DNA of 58,479 bases, the filler included, from Piptocephalis cylindrospora (lineage: Eukaryota), in NCBI GenBank assembly GCA_003614145.1. It is 7 parts of 7 records of this genome, joined end to end, with 100 filler letters (N's around TTAATTAATTAA, not from the genome) between each part and the next. Parts side by side here need not be neighbours in the genome. Positions count along the whole stretch, not along the records: positions 41,872 to 50,127 come from KZ988159.1; positions 50,228 to 58,479 come from KZ988160.1; 5 more parts are not named here. One strand, 5' to 3'. The translations under genes and the position numbers were made by a program. The notes below the pieces were generated by a model. That model was given only the letters and a program-made list of their open reading frames with translations. It was not told where the DNA came from and did no database searches. Positions 46,455-58,233 of this stretch are shown here, piece after piece. Each line of letters begins with the position of its first letter. Positions within the stretch are counted from its first letter, which is position 1.

Positions 46455-48947
46455 TCATCCTTCTCGGGTGGTCATTCGACCCAAGGCAGCCACCATTACG
46501 GCATTGTAATCCATGGCGGGCTCATTGCCCTTGAAATCTCCACGGGCATCCCGGAAATCATCTTTCTTGCCCGGGCCCCCCACGATGGCTCCCCACAGGA
46601 CATATCGGTTGGGAGAGGCGCTTTCGTAAATTTCCCATCCCTTACCCGGAGGAAGGACCCCTTGAGCCGCGGCATGATGGACCCTTAAAGGAGAGGATGC
46701 ATCGGCTCCTACAACGTAATTTCTCTTGGCCGGGTTCTTCCCTAGGAGATAGTCCACCTGACTCCGGGAAAAGACATCCCAAGCGGCATTAGGAGAGGGA
46801 AGATGGTCGTAGGCAAAGCCAAGGATGAAGCTCGAGGACAGGGCGACACTGGAGGAGCCCCAATCGGAGGCGGGAAGCCACAGAAGCCCTCCAGGGGTCC
46901 TGGGGGCCTTGGTGGAAATCCAGTCGGCATGCTCCTTGAGCATAACTGCATATTTGCTGGACCCACCCTCAGCCTTCGCCAGAAGGGCTAGAGCTCCGAT
47001 AGCCTTATCATCCCAATTGAGGAAACTATGCCGGATTTCAGCTTCAGAAAAGGCATCAAAATACTGCTTGGCTTTGGTGAGGTAAGAGGGCTCCTTGGTG
47101 GCTCGGTGAAGCCAGGCAGCGGCCCAGGCCAGCTCATCTTGATAACCACTGCTCTCATAGCAATCATTGACTCCTTGCATCTCTCCTCGAATTTGCTTCC
47201 GCAACCCGTTTTGATAGAGTCCTGGATAGCGCTCGGCCTGGGAGAAGAGATCTTTGGCGGTCTGAAGAAGCTTAGATCCGTACGCAGCATCCTCGGGCCC
47301 AAGGACGATAGAGGCGGCTGCTAATGCAGCGGCTGATTCAGCTAGCGGCTCCGAAGCAGGCCATTGCTTGGTGGCCAAGTACACTGGTCTAGGGGTGGAG
47401 CTAGGCATGTCCTCTGGGGAGCCCCAGTAATCATGATCGGGCTTGGGGTCCCCTACCTGGATGACAAAGCGATCAGGTCCAAGTTGACACTTGAGCAGGT
47501 AGTCTGTGCCCCAGCGGATGGCTTGGTGTAAATACTGGGTTTGACCCGAGGTCTCGATGCCCTTTTGATAGTCGAGAGCGGTCCAGCCGAGCATACTAAG
47601 AGTAAAAGATCCGGGGAGGCCAAACTTGACAAAATCACCGGCGTCATAGTACCCCCCGGAGAGGTCAGCTTGTAGGTCCTTTCCATCGTTGACATGGGCC
47701 GGTTTTCTCCACGGAATCCTCTGATCCTTGGGCAGAGATCCTGCGCGCTGAGCCTCGAAAAAGAGGAGGGAAAGCATGAGAGGCTTTCCGTACCGATTGG
47801 CGCTAGGAGGCAAAGAAGTCCCGGGAAGGGAGGAAGTGTCGATGGATGGGGTCGGAACGACTGGTTTGGTCCGGCGACGCGGACGGCCGCGATGACCACG
47901 GGGGCGGGTGGGTTTGTGAGTCTTTCGTTTTTTCCCGCGATTCTTTGACTTGCGTCTAACTTCACTAACAGAAGATGAAAGGGGGGAAATGGACGCACTT
48001 TCTGGGGTAAAGGGGCCCTTTATCGTGGAGGACGGGGAGGGAAGAGGAAGGATAGCTGAAGGGAAGGAAGGGGGGGAAGGAGAAGGAAGAGAAGGAGAAG
48101 GAAGGGATGGAGAAGGAGAAAGAGAAAGAAGAGAAGGAGAGGGAGGAAGAAGAGAAGGAGAGGGAGGAAGAAGAGAAGGAGAGGGAGGAAGAAGAGAAGG
48201 AGAAGGGAGAGAGGGAGAAGGGAGAGAGGGAGAAGGAAGAAAGGGAGAAGGAGGGGAAGGGAAAGAAGAAGGGATCATAAGGGCAGGTAAGCTGGGGTCG
48301 GTGCTAATTTCGGCGATCGTTGGCGTAGCATCCTTTGGATTGCCCCATTTGGCAAAGGGCCAGGTAATACTCCAACCTGGGAAGATACGGGGAAAGGAGA
48401 GAGAAGAAGCGTTCCAAGACGGGATATATCTTTCAATCCAGAGCTGCTGACGCAGGTGCCTCTCCTGAGGACTGAGAGGATAACTATGTGCTTTAGTCTT
48501 AGGCGCCTGCTTTTGATAATAATTGTGGGGAAGGGAGTGAGAGGTACATTGTAATATGTTGGTTAATGGACTCAACCTACCTTGTTTTCAGATGATGGTG
48601 GTTGACCCTGAGGGGGATCAAGCTTCATGAAAAGGGGTGGATGGATGAAATGAGTATGCAAGCCCGAACGACCTTGCACTTTTGCCTGTTTGATGAAGAT
48701 AGGATGTGGAACTTACCATAGATTGGGATTGTATAGATGTATCATTGGATTCACTTGGCACTTTTCCCAGATAGATAAGAACTGGCGCGTCTGCTGGGTC
48801 AGAAAGGGTGGAAAAATCCTGGGTAATAGGAGAGTCCGAGGGAATTGTGATCTGGGAGGGCAGCGGTTGATCGGTCAGAGCGTGAACGATGACAGATTGG
48901 TAAATGGCGATCAGCAGGAGGAATGATCGATCTTGTGAAAGAAGCAT
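46455..48947 (-). CDS. Secreted glycoside hydrolase family 9 (endoglucanase-like), 3 exons, ~769 aa
   Basis: Exons 48947-48717, 48607-48581 and 48506-46455; signal peptide; LLFFEAQRAG, DLSGGYYDAGDFVKFG, WGTDYLLK, DELAWAAAWLH, DYLLGKNP, VHH, DARGDFKGNEPAMDYNA. Confidence 0.93.
48066..48260 (-). repeat. Pro/Ser/Leu linker minisatellite (15- and 21-nt units) in GH9
   Basis: Encodes (PSPSL)n and (PSPSLLP)3. Confidence 0.85.
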
Positions 48948-50127
48948 CCTCAATGTAATATAGAATCGATATATATGTGGGGATGGGATGAAGGGTACGC
49001 ACAGCGTAGGAGAAGATAGTCGAAGGAAGATGGAGTGAAGAGGAGAAGAGAGAGAGGGACAGACCGAAGCTGTAATGATCAAAAGAAGGATGATGAATCT
49101 TTAAGGAAATGGAATGAATCAGATCATACAAGTATGGAATGGCTCTAAACTACCTTTGTATTTATAAACTCCAAGGACCCATCGTGCAATATCCTATTAT
49201 TCTCTCCTTCCCTATAGGTATCATTCCCTAGAGATTTAGAGAGAGGAGACATGAGCTTCACTTACCCTCCATTGTACTTTGGGAGCGACAATGAATCAAT
49301 GAGAGGATGGGTAGATGCTTTACCCTTTTCCAGGGGTGGTGAAGGAAAGACAAGAAGATGAAGGGTGGCATTTCCCTGGTCATCCCTCCAAGCATCGAGC
49401 CTTTCCCCTCAAATGTATCACCGAGATGAATGATGTGGATGTGGTGGTGTCGGCAAAGAAGGTTTCCGAAGCATTGTATCCTTAGGAATCTCCCAAGTAA
49501 CCATAGCCACTTCCAGGGGGACCACGATATAAGATGGCTTGGCGTAAATGCTGTCTATGATCATACCTGACCTGTCTAATCGCTCTGAATCCCCCTGAAA
49601 TAAACATGTCTCTGAGTGTGGGGGCAATTAGTGCCTGCACACCGGAAGAGCTCGCTCTTCCGGAGGATATACAGCCTCGTAAAAGCGTGCCGATATTTCT
49701 ACCGTCATGGACCCTTTTCCTCATTATTCTTCCTACAGAAAGTTATTCTTCATGAAATAAAATGCGCTAGAGGCGCAAGAATGATACGATCAAAGGTAGC
49801 TTAAAAGGTTTTAGATTGAAAAATAAACAATTCCAGGAATTAAACAACTGTAAAACAAATTGTGTCGGCACAAGTAATGAGACAGGATCAGCTTGAAATA
49901 CATTTTTCTTAATCTTATTACTATAAAAACTAACATCTTGTTGGGTAGCGCCTACTATGCACAAAGGAGTGCTTATCATGACCCCATCCCTCCCTTAACC
50001 ATGCACTACAAAGGGCAAGGACACCCTTGAGCCCCATGCAACATTATCCTTATTCTACATGAGAACTTCAGTCCGATCCTTGTTCAAGTACTCCAAGTCT
50101 CCGCCCCTAGAATCACCTTGTCTTCTT

Positions 50128-50227
50128 NNNNNNNNNNNNNNNNNNNNNNNNNNNNNNNNNNNNNNNNNNNNTTAATTAATTAANNNNNNNNNNNNNNNNN
50201 NNNNNNNNNNNNNNNNNNNNNNNNNNN
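50128..50227. other. Artificial contig spacer
   Basis: N44-TTAATTAATTAA-N44. Confidence 0.98.
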
Positions 50228-50309
50228 TACCGTGTTTTGTTTTTTATAAAAGGTAGGGAGATGTTGTGGGTAGGGAATAATAAAGAAGAGGATGTTTTTT
50301 TTTTCTCCC

Positions 50310-50340
<31 letters not shown>

Positions 50341-50352
50341 TTTTCCAATCAG

Positions 50353-53300
50353 TTCCCTGAGTGTATGAAGCTCGGTCGTGATTTCATCAGAGCTTTACAG
50401 GAGGCCAGCCGCATCCCACTTGTTAAGGAGTTCTGGAATATCCTTCTTACACGCCCTGCCGATATCTGCCCTGGTTTCACTGGGATCGAGCAGATCCTTC
50501 GTACCCCTACTCCCAAGGATGTCCTTGAATTACGTATTTCCGTCAACCTGGCCAATCGGATTAAACACATTTTCGAGGTAAGATGGGGCTTCCTAATCTC
50601 GCTCTTTCCTCTCCTTCTCCCTGACCACCACCAATTCTGCTCCTCTCCTCCCAGATTTCCTTTGGGACCCATCGGCGGAATGTGGCTTGGCTAATTGAGA
50701 GATACTTACCCCCGGATGACAATGGTCTCTTCCTCTCCGACATTATTCGGTACATCATCCGGTGTATCCATCCAGAGAATGAAGTTCTTGCCTCCCCGGT
50801 TCTACAACGATATGGGCTTATCGTCCATCTCCTCCAATCCTGTCTTAAGGATTGGGCCGCTGCTACCGCCAAGACCGCCTTGTATTATGATTGGATGTTT
50901 TATGATGGGCCTTCAGCCATTATGGATATTGGTAAGTGAAATTTGAACAGTATTCTACAAGCATCTCTTCCTCGTATCCTAATTCATTGGTCATACCCCT
51001 CATTCTCCCATTCCAGAGCCGGGGATGCTGGTCATGACCAAGACCTTGGATGGCCATTCTTATTTTGCTGATGAGTGCATCGAATTCCTTAATCTCATCC
51101 CCAATGCCTACTATCCTCCTATGGCCGATGAAGTCAGGGCCAACATCCAACGAGCCATGAAACTCATGGTGGATAAAGGAGTGGAGTAAGCAGGGTGGGC
51201 TATAGAGGTCATTACCGTTGTGGAAAGTAACACAGCTCATCTCCACTCCCATAGCAAATTGGATCCCCTCATGAATGATCCCCATGTGGACGATGTGACC
51301 AAGGCCACAGTGAGTCATCTATTTGCCTCCTCTTCCCATACGAGAAGCGCCCCAGTTCTCCCTCAGTCGGCTCCTGTGGCACCTGATCAAATGGGAGGGA
51401 CAGAAGGTGCTCCCAATGCAAAGGACGGAAAGGCTAGCCCCACCTACAGTCCCGAGACTACCCATGGTATCCCTCTGTCGGAAACCTCCGACTCATTTAT
51501 CCAAGGATCTGGAAATGAAGAAATAGCAATGGCATCTCCTATCGTGGGGGAAAAGGCTCTTGCGCCCTCTACGATAGGCTTAAAAAATATCGTCCCCACC
51601 CCCAGTCAGTTGATGATGGAAGAAGAAGATGATGCCATGAGGGAATTTCTTGGGGCGACTGCCGAGGACTCAGAATCGGACATTGAAGCTGAGGAGGCCA
51701 CTAAGGGATTACAGGACGCTGAGACCCAACGAAGGAACGGGACCAAAAAACGAGAAAGCCCCTTATCCAACCCTAAATCCGCCTCCATTGACACGAATGA
51801 ACCAGTCTCCAGTTCCAGTTCTACCATCTCGGCCCCGGGCTTAGAGGTGGAGGGGGGTGAACAACCAGGACCCAAGGGAGAAGAAGGTGTAAAGATGAGG
51901 GAATCTTCAACTCCTCCTGTGGATACGCGAGCCTTATACTTTTTTGGCACTAAACCTCAAGAATTCCGGGATATCCTTCAAACAGCTGAGAAAACCGGGG
52001 CCGATCCGGAAAAGCATGCTTTATCCCGTCTTCTACGCACCATGCTACAGGCTTTGGCCTGCACGGTAGGTCATGTAGAAATTGAGGGATATGGAGAATA
52101 GCCGCAAATGCCGATCTTTTCATGCATCCTCAACTCATTAATCTTCCCTGTTTCATATAGGCTGGTACTCCGGACGTGGTGGTAGAGACGGCAGGATCAA
52201 GCATTATAGATGATCTAGTGACCCCATTGGGAGAGGAGTATGGTCGACGTGAGGGAGGAGAAGGGAATGGGGATCGGGAAGAAAGTAGGGGTAGGCCAAG
52301 ACAAGGGTCTATTGGGGGCGATATGGGATCTGGGGAGGGAAGAGATCGAAAGGTTGCTTGGTATGATCCACTCAAGCAAGGTAGTCTCACTGAAATCCTC
52401 TTTGAGGATTGTTTAGCTGATGTCAAGGGAAGAGACGGGAAGGAGAGACAGGGGAAGGTACGGTCCGTCATACTTTCCCTTTGCCCCAGGAATACGGGAT
52501 TGAGATCCAGATGGCTTCTTTTCCTGGTCCGGAAAGCCCTGGAGGAGACGAGCGTACCTTCCCCTGGCAAACCTTCTTCCTCCCCCCGCATATCCGAACT
52601 ATACGACGAGTGGTGCTGGTTATTGGAGGCCTCTTCCCCAGGGGCTGATCGAAAAGCCGCTTTCCTCGAGGATATTCAGGTAGGTTGAATATGAAGAAAG
52701 ATGATCCCGATTGTGGCGATGACATCGCTCATGCATACACGCTCCTTCCTCAAACCTAAACAACCCGGGTAGTGGTTGGAGACAAACCAGTATGAGGCCC
52801 TACAAGCTCTTCTTCCCACCCTGTATCTCCTAGTCCCAGGATCCGTGACAGCTCAGGTTGAAGTGTTTAACGTGGTCATTGAGATGATGGAGCCACGACA
52901 AGTCCTACGTCTTTCTCAAAGCCTCATGTGCCGAGAGAGCGTGGTCTTTGGTGATGCTGCCTCATCAATTCTCCTTGCCTCGTTGGATCTCGGATCCTTC
53001 CAGCAACACTACACCTGGTCCTTGGCAGCGGCTGAGTTTGGTGGGAGCTACCTCAAGCTTTCTGGATGGATGCGCGACTTATGGAGTCAATTGACTGGGA
53101 AGCGTAAGTAAAGAAGCTGAATGAAGAGGAGGATAATAGCGTGAGAGTCGTTTCCTTTTAAGTCCTGACATATCCCCTCCCATGCGTGATAGATGATGAT
53201 GCCACTTTGGGTCTCCTCAGTATTCTACGTGGGAACCCTCCATACAAACCTTTGATCCGAGACCTCTTTTCGCTTCCTCTTCCATCTTCTGATCTCGCTG

Positions 53301-54250
53301 GCCTTGGGACATTCCGTCGATCAGTCCTACGTATGTGCCTGATCCAATGGTACAGATCTTGGCCCAAGACCCTAGGTATTCACCTGGCCCAGGTCCTCTG
53401 GATAGCCTCTGGGATGATCGGTCAGAGGAGTAGAGAAAAGGGAGAAGAGGATGCGGATGGGGAGGAGGATGAGGGGATTGTAGGGGAAGATGGAGGCTTG
53501 GCCCGCCGGCTACTCTCTGTCTTAGTTACCCTTGGCAAGGATATCCTCAGTAAGTCAGAGATGCTTCTCAAATGTGAGATTGTATCCCAATTCACTCACC
53601 CTCTTCTCTTTCCATCCCTATCAGTGCCCTTACTACGAGTTCGTGAGCTCAGAAAAGTAATTAAGGAACTCGAGAATGATTCCCGAATTTGGGACTCTTC
53701 CTACCATGCTAGTCTGGACTGTGCTCTCGCCCAAGAGCTCCTGAGTGAGGAGGAAGACGAGGGTGAGGAGGATGAGGGGGTAAAGGAAGATAAAAGACGG
53801 CCCTCTAGGAAAAAGGCCACTCCCCTTAAAAAGGCCGGCCCTCCACGAAAGACCAGTGTCTCTTCAGGGTCCAAGGCCATGGGAGAGTCTGTAAGGTCAC
53901 GAAAATCTTCCAAAGTCCTTTCGGACACCGAATCCAATGAGGAAGAGGAGGATGAGGAGGAGAACGCGGAATCTGAAGAGGAAGGAAATTCGAGAGCGAG
54001 TCGTAGCAAGCCCAAACCCTCTGGTAAGGCTTCAGACCGTGCTAGTAAGGACAGGAGCACGAGTGGTGGAAAGAGGAAAGCTTCTGTCACCAGCAGTAGC
54101 AGTGGAAGTGGTGAAAGCGACACAGGCGATGCAGGACCCAAGGCAAAGACAAAAGCAAAGGCCCGAGAGGAAGAGACGAAAATTAGGACCACCCTTTCAA
54201 AGCGACTTCCCCCCCGAAAAGGCAAGAAGCAACGAGTAGACTCGGATTGA
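50353..54250 (+). CDS. INTS3: Integrator complex subunit 3 / SOSS-A, multi-exon, 5' truncated
   Basis: FPECMKLGRDFIRALQEASRIP, ICPGFTGIEQILRTPT, DIIRYIIRCIHPENEVLASPVLQRY, AKTALYYDWMFY, IMDIEPGMLVM; acidic/basic disordered tail. Confidence 0.88.
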
Positions 54251-54458
54251 GGGCATCGGATAAGATTGAGAGCTAGACAATAAATCCTGTGTATTTGCGA
54301 TGCTGGGCAAACTCTGCTTTGGATCCTTGAGGCGAAGAGCGGGAAGAGAATGTACACACTACACACACATGGGATGAGAATGGTCTATTCCCATACGGAA
54401 GCACTTTGTTCCTTCCTCTCCGTCAGCTATCTTGAACCCACGCCCAACTAGCGCCTTC

Positions 54459-55103
54459 TCACTGTCCAAGACCCATCTTGCACTCCATGGCGCGGGGAAG
54501 ATCCGTGACCATGTCGGTGATATTGTCCTGAGGCTGGTTGAGAAAGTCGGAAAAGTCAAAGGTTTCATCGGTGCCATTCAGGATATCGGTAGCCAGATTG
54601 TTGGAGGGAAGGGCAGGATGTCCGGGAAGCTGTCGTAAGGGCAAGTAAGTAATCCCAAAGGTCATGCTCAACCGAAAGAGACGAGAGTATTCCTTACCTT
54701 GGAAACAATATCACGCTCCATGGTCTGCCTCAGAGGGACATGAAGACCGTACACACGCCGGTGCAGACCAGCTCGGAGGTTGGCCTGCGTCTCCTCCCAC
54801 TAGTCGAAATTCCCGGGTTCCCATACAAGAGGCAGGATGAGTTTCAGCTAGGACGTCAAGTGAGCCACTGCACGATCACTTACCTTGGCTAACCGACGCT
54901 CCAAGGGATGCTTCTGCACAGCATCAAAAGCTACACTACGAACCCCATATCTCATGGTGTCGTGGGTACCAAGGGCGGAGGAGGTATCCGCAAGGCCAAT
55001 CTTGGTATCAGCTTGAGCAATAGGGGCAACAAGGAGCTTGGTCTAGGCAGCAAGATGGGGTGAGCGAGGATACCGAGAAAGGAGCGGTGTAAGGCCTTAC
55101 CAT
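54459..55103 (-). CDS. UMP1: Proteasome maturation factor Ump1/POMP, 4 exons
   Basis: Exons 55103-55101 (ATG only), 55042-54884, 54799-54698 and 54629-54459 give HDTMRYG..KHPLERRLAKWEETQ..RRVYGLHVPLRQTMERDIV..NLATDILNGTDETFDFSDFL..AMECKMGL. Confidence 0.92.
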
Positions 55104-55547
55104 AGTGATGGGGGAGATGGAAAGAAAGATCAGAGGGAATGGGGGAGAGAGGTGGGAAGGATAAAGAAGGAGAGAGATGGGCAATGACGAATGAGGACCA
55201 TTTATTAGGTGGCGCGCACACCTACATGAAGGACCGCGCGATGATCCAGGCAGATGGGGATGGGAAGTGGAGTGAGATGGTATGGGATGGTTGGAAACAC
55301 CGCTACCGACTGCCAAGGCCCACAAACCCACAACACCAGAGATCAAGGTCCGCACTAAGGAATAGCCCACTCCGCCCACTTGGGATAATCATCCTCATTG
55401 ACGACAATGAAAATGCTGCCTCATTCAAGCCACCTCCAGAATTAAAGAAGAGGGAAAAAGAATGTAATTACCAAACACACACACACGCATATACCCTAAA
55501 CACCCACACCCTGTCCTCCATTGGACGCACACAAGAGTTGAGCTCAT

Positions 55548-58233
55548 CTAGAAGCAAAGTAGCTTGCCCTTCTTCCCCTTGAGCTCGAGCATTTGCCGCT
55601 CCAGCGCTCGGTTCCTCTCGAGAAGTTGAGCACCCTTGACGCGCTCACCCTCGAACATGGACCGAGTCTCTTCAACCTTGCGCTTCAACGCCTCCAGACT
55701 TTCACCCATCATACGCTTCTCCTCATCCGCCCCGGACATCTGCTGAGTGACGGCATCGGCCCGGGATCGCGCCTCGGCATGAGACCGCTCGGCCTCGGCC
55801 AAGGACCGCTCCAGTGAGGCGATCAACGCCACATGACCCCGGAGATCCCCTTCCAGCTGCTGCACCCGTGACCGTAGGCCCTTGGCCTCCTCGGGAGATA
55901 GGGATCCGGGAGGGAGAGGGCCCTGACTGGATCCAGAAAGGGTAGGAGACATGGCCGAAGGTAAGGGGAGGGGCGGGGAGGGGGACCGGTCTACCGGAGG
56001 TGGGGGTGGGCCCCGTGGGGGAGGGGTGGGAGGAGGAGAAGAGGCCGCCTCGACCAAGGAAGCCCTGGCCCGTGCTGGGATGATAGGAGGGGGCATGTTA
56101 CCCGAAGAGATGGGGGAGGGTTGAGCGCCCAGCTCCTGAAGACGCTCCTCTTGGGACTTGAGCAGCCTGGATTGCTGGGCAATGGTCTCACGTAATTGGA
56201 TGGCCGCTTCCTTGGACACTCCAGTCTCCTCTGGCTGACTCGAGGAAGAAGAGGATACGGTAGCGCGTAGACCCTCAAGTTCCCGTTCAAGTTGATCGTT
56301 GATCTCGGCCACTTGAAGCATCTCGGCCTCTAGCTGGGAAAGATCCGTGGAGTATTGGGTGTTACTGGCTTGTAGAGAGGCCTTTTCCTCCTCTAGGGTC
56401 TTAAGCCGGCCATCCCACTCGCCCCGCTCCTTGGCCACCTCCTCTGCTGTGGGCCCAGAGGGCTTGGCTGTGGCAGCGCTGAGTTCCGTGACGTACGCTT
56501 CGAGATCCTGGATATCGGCCTGGTAAGCTCTGTTGGTAGCCTCAAGAGACTCCTTGTTCGTCTCCACCTCCCGCACCCGATCCAGAATATGCTGGGTGAT
56601 TGGAGGAGAGGAAGCATCATCTAGGCTCCTATCACTCGTATTACGCGACTCAAGACCCAAAGCATCTTCCAGATCCCGAAGGGCCCGGACAAGTCCTTGG
56701 TACTTCTCCTCACCCGCAAGGGTCTTAGCATCCCTCGCCTCTCCATCACTCTGAGTATGATTCAATTCTTCCTGGAGCTCAGAGATTTGAGCCTCCGCTG
56801 ACCTCAAGGACTCGGTAAGAGTCGTACGGCCTTCCTCAAGATCCCGGATCAGATCCTGGAACTCGGAAAGCTCCTCTTCCCGGGAGGCCAGGACTCCCTC
56901 CACCCGAAGCTGCTCCTGCTCCGATCCATCCAGCTCTTCTTGCAGAGCGAGAACCAGAGCCTTTTGTTCCTCAAGTTCCTGATTGTTATCTGACCCGGTC
57001 CCCAATCCTTTTAAGGATTCCTTGGACTGGGTCAATTGAGACTCGAGATCAGAGGACTTTTCCTGAGCTTGGGAGAGAAGGACTTGGAGATCCGAGACCT
57101 TCTCCTGGCCCTGAACAAGCTGATTCTCCAACTCCGAGACCCTCTCCTGACCCTGGTTGACTTGATTCTCCAGGGCCGAGACCTTCTCTTGACCCTGAGA
57201 CAATTGGGCCTCCAGGGCCTTGACCCGTTCCACCGACTCCCTTCCTTCCCCATTCACCTGCTCTCGGAGGGCGATGACCTCCTTGGCTTGAACGTCCACC
57301 CCATCCCTGGCCTCCTTCAATGCAGCCTCGGTTACCTCCAGATCAGAGCTAACCTTATCAAGTTCGGTTCTAGCCCCGATCAACTCGGTCTTGACCTGCT
57401 CAAGCTCAGCCTTGATGGTCTGCTCAGTCGTCTTGGTGTCCTCGAGATGAGCCTTGGTGTCCTCCAACTCGGACATAACACTCTCAAGCTCTGCCCTGGA
57501 GCCCTCAAGATCAGCCTTAGCCTCCTCCAACTTGATCGCCAAATTGGTTACCTCACCCTTGGTCCGTTCAGCCTCCTCCCGGGCCTCCCGGACTTCTTCC
57601 TCCCGGGTCTTCAGGTCAAGGGTAGTTTCCTTTAGCTTACCCTCTAGACTTTGCAAAGTCACCTCCAGATTTTCCACCCGATCACGTGCCTCCTTGGCCT
57701 CCTGTTCCTTCTCCCCAATAGTCCGGTCCTTTTGGACAATGAGCCACATTTGCTCCTTGACGAGCCTTTCCTTTTCCTTCAAGGAGTCCTCCTTCTCTTG
57801 AAGAAGAGCCTGAGTACCATCCTCACCCTCAGTCCTCTCCCGAAGCAAGGTTTCCCTTTCCCTCTCCAGTCTATTCCTTTCCTCCAACGCCGCTTCCTTT
57901 TCTCCCCTTGTCCCCTCCATTTCACTACGGATCTCCTCCTGTTCCTTGACTAGGACCTTGATACGATCCAAAGCTTCTGTGAGACGCTCATGGATCGAGG
58001 GATCAACATCCGCAATGGTCATCTCCTCCTCCTTCTTCTCAATCTTCTTCTCTGTCTTCTTCTCGGCCTCCTCCGTCTCCCTCATGCCCTCCTCAGACTG
58101 TTCCCCAGTCTTCTCTTCTTCCACTTCTTCAGCCTTTTGCTCAATCTCCTTCTCTTCCGCCTCTCCACTCTTCTCCTCAGTCTTCTTCTCTTCCACCTCT
58201 TCACTCTTTTCCTCAGTCTTCTCCTCTTCCACC
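55548..58233 (-). CDS. Long coiled-coil protein, C-terminal part (resembles the fungal kinesin-4/KIF21-type tail); 5' end disrupted by inversion
   Basis: About 890 codons of Glu/Lys-rich heptads, a PPPTPPPRGPPPPP segment, a terminal coiled coil and the end KGKKGKLLCF. No motor domain in the window, so the family is tentative. Confidence 0.7.

Noticed and set aside
8335..50183. TTAATTAATTAA recurring every ~8.37 kb as a periodic genomic element or array
   Set aside because: Always embedded in N44 flanks; an assembly spacer. The period reflects size-sorted contigs.
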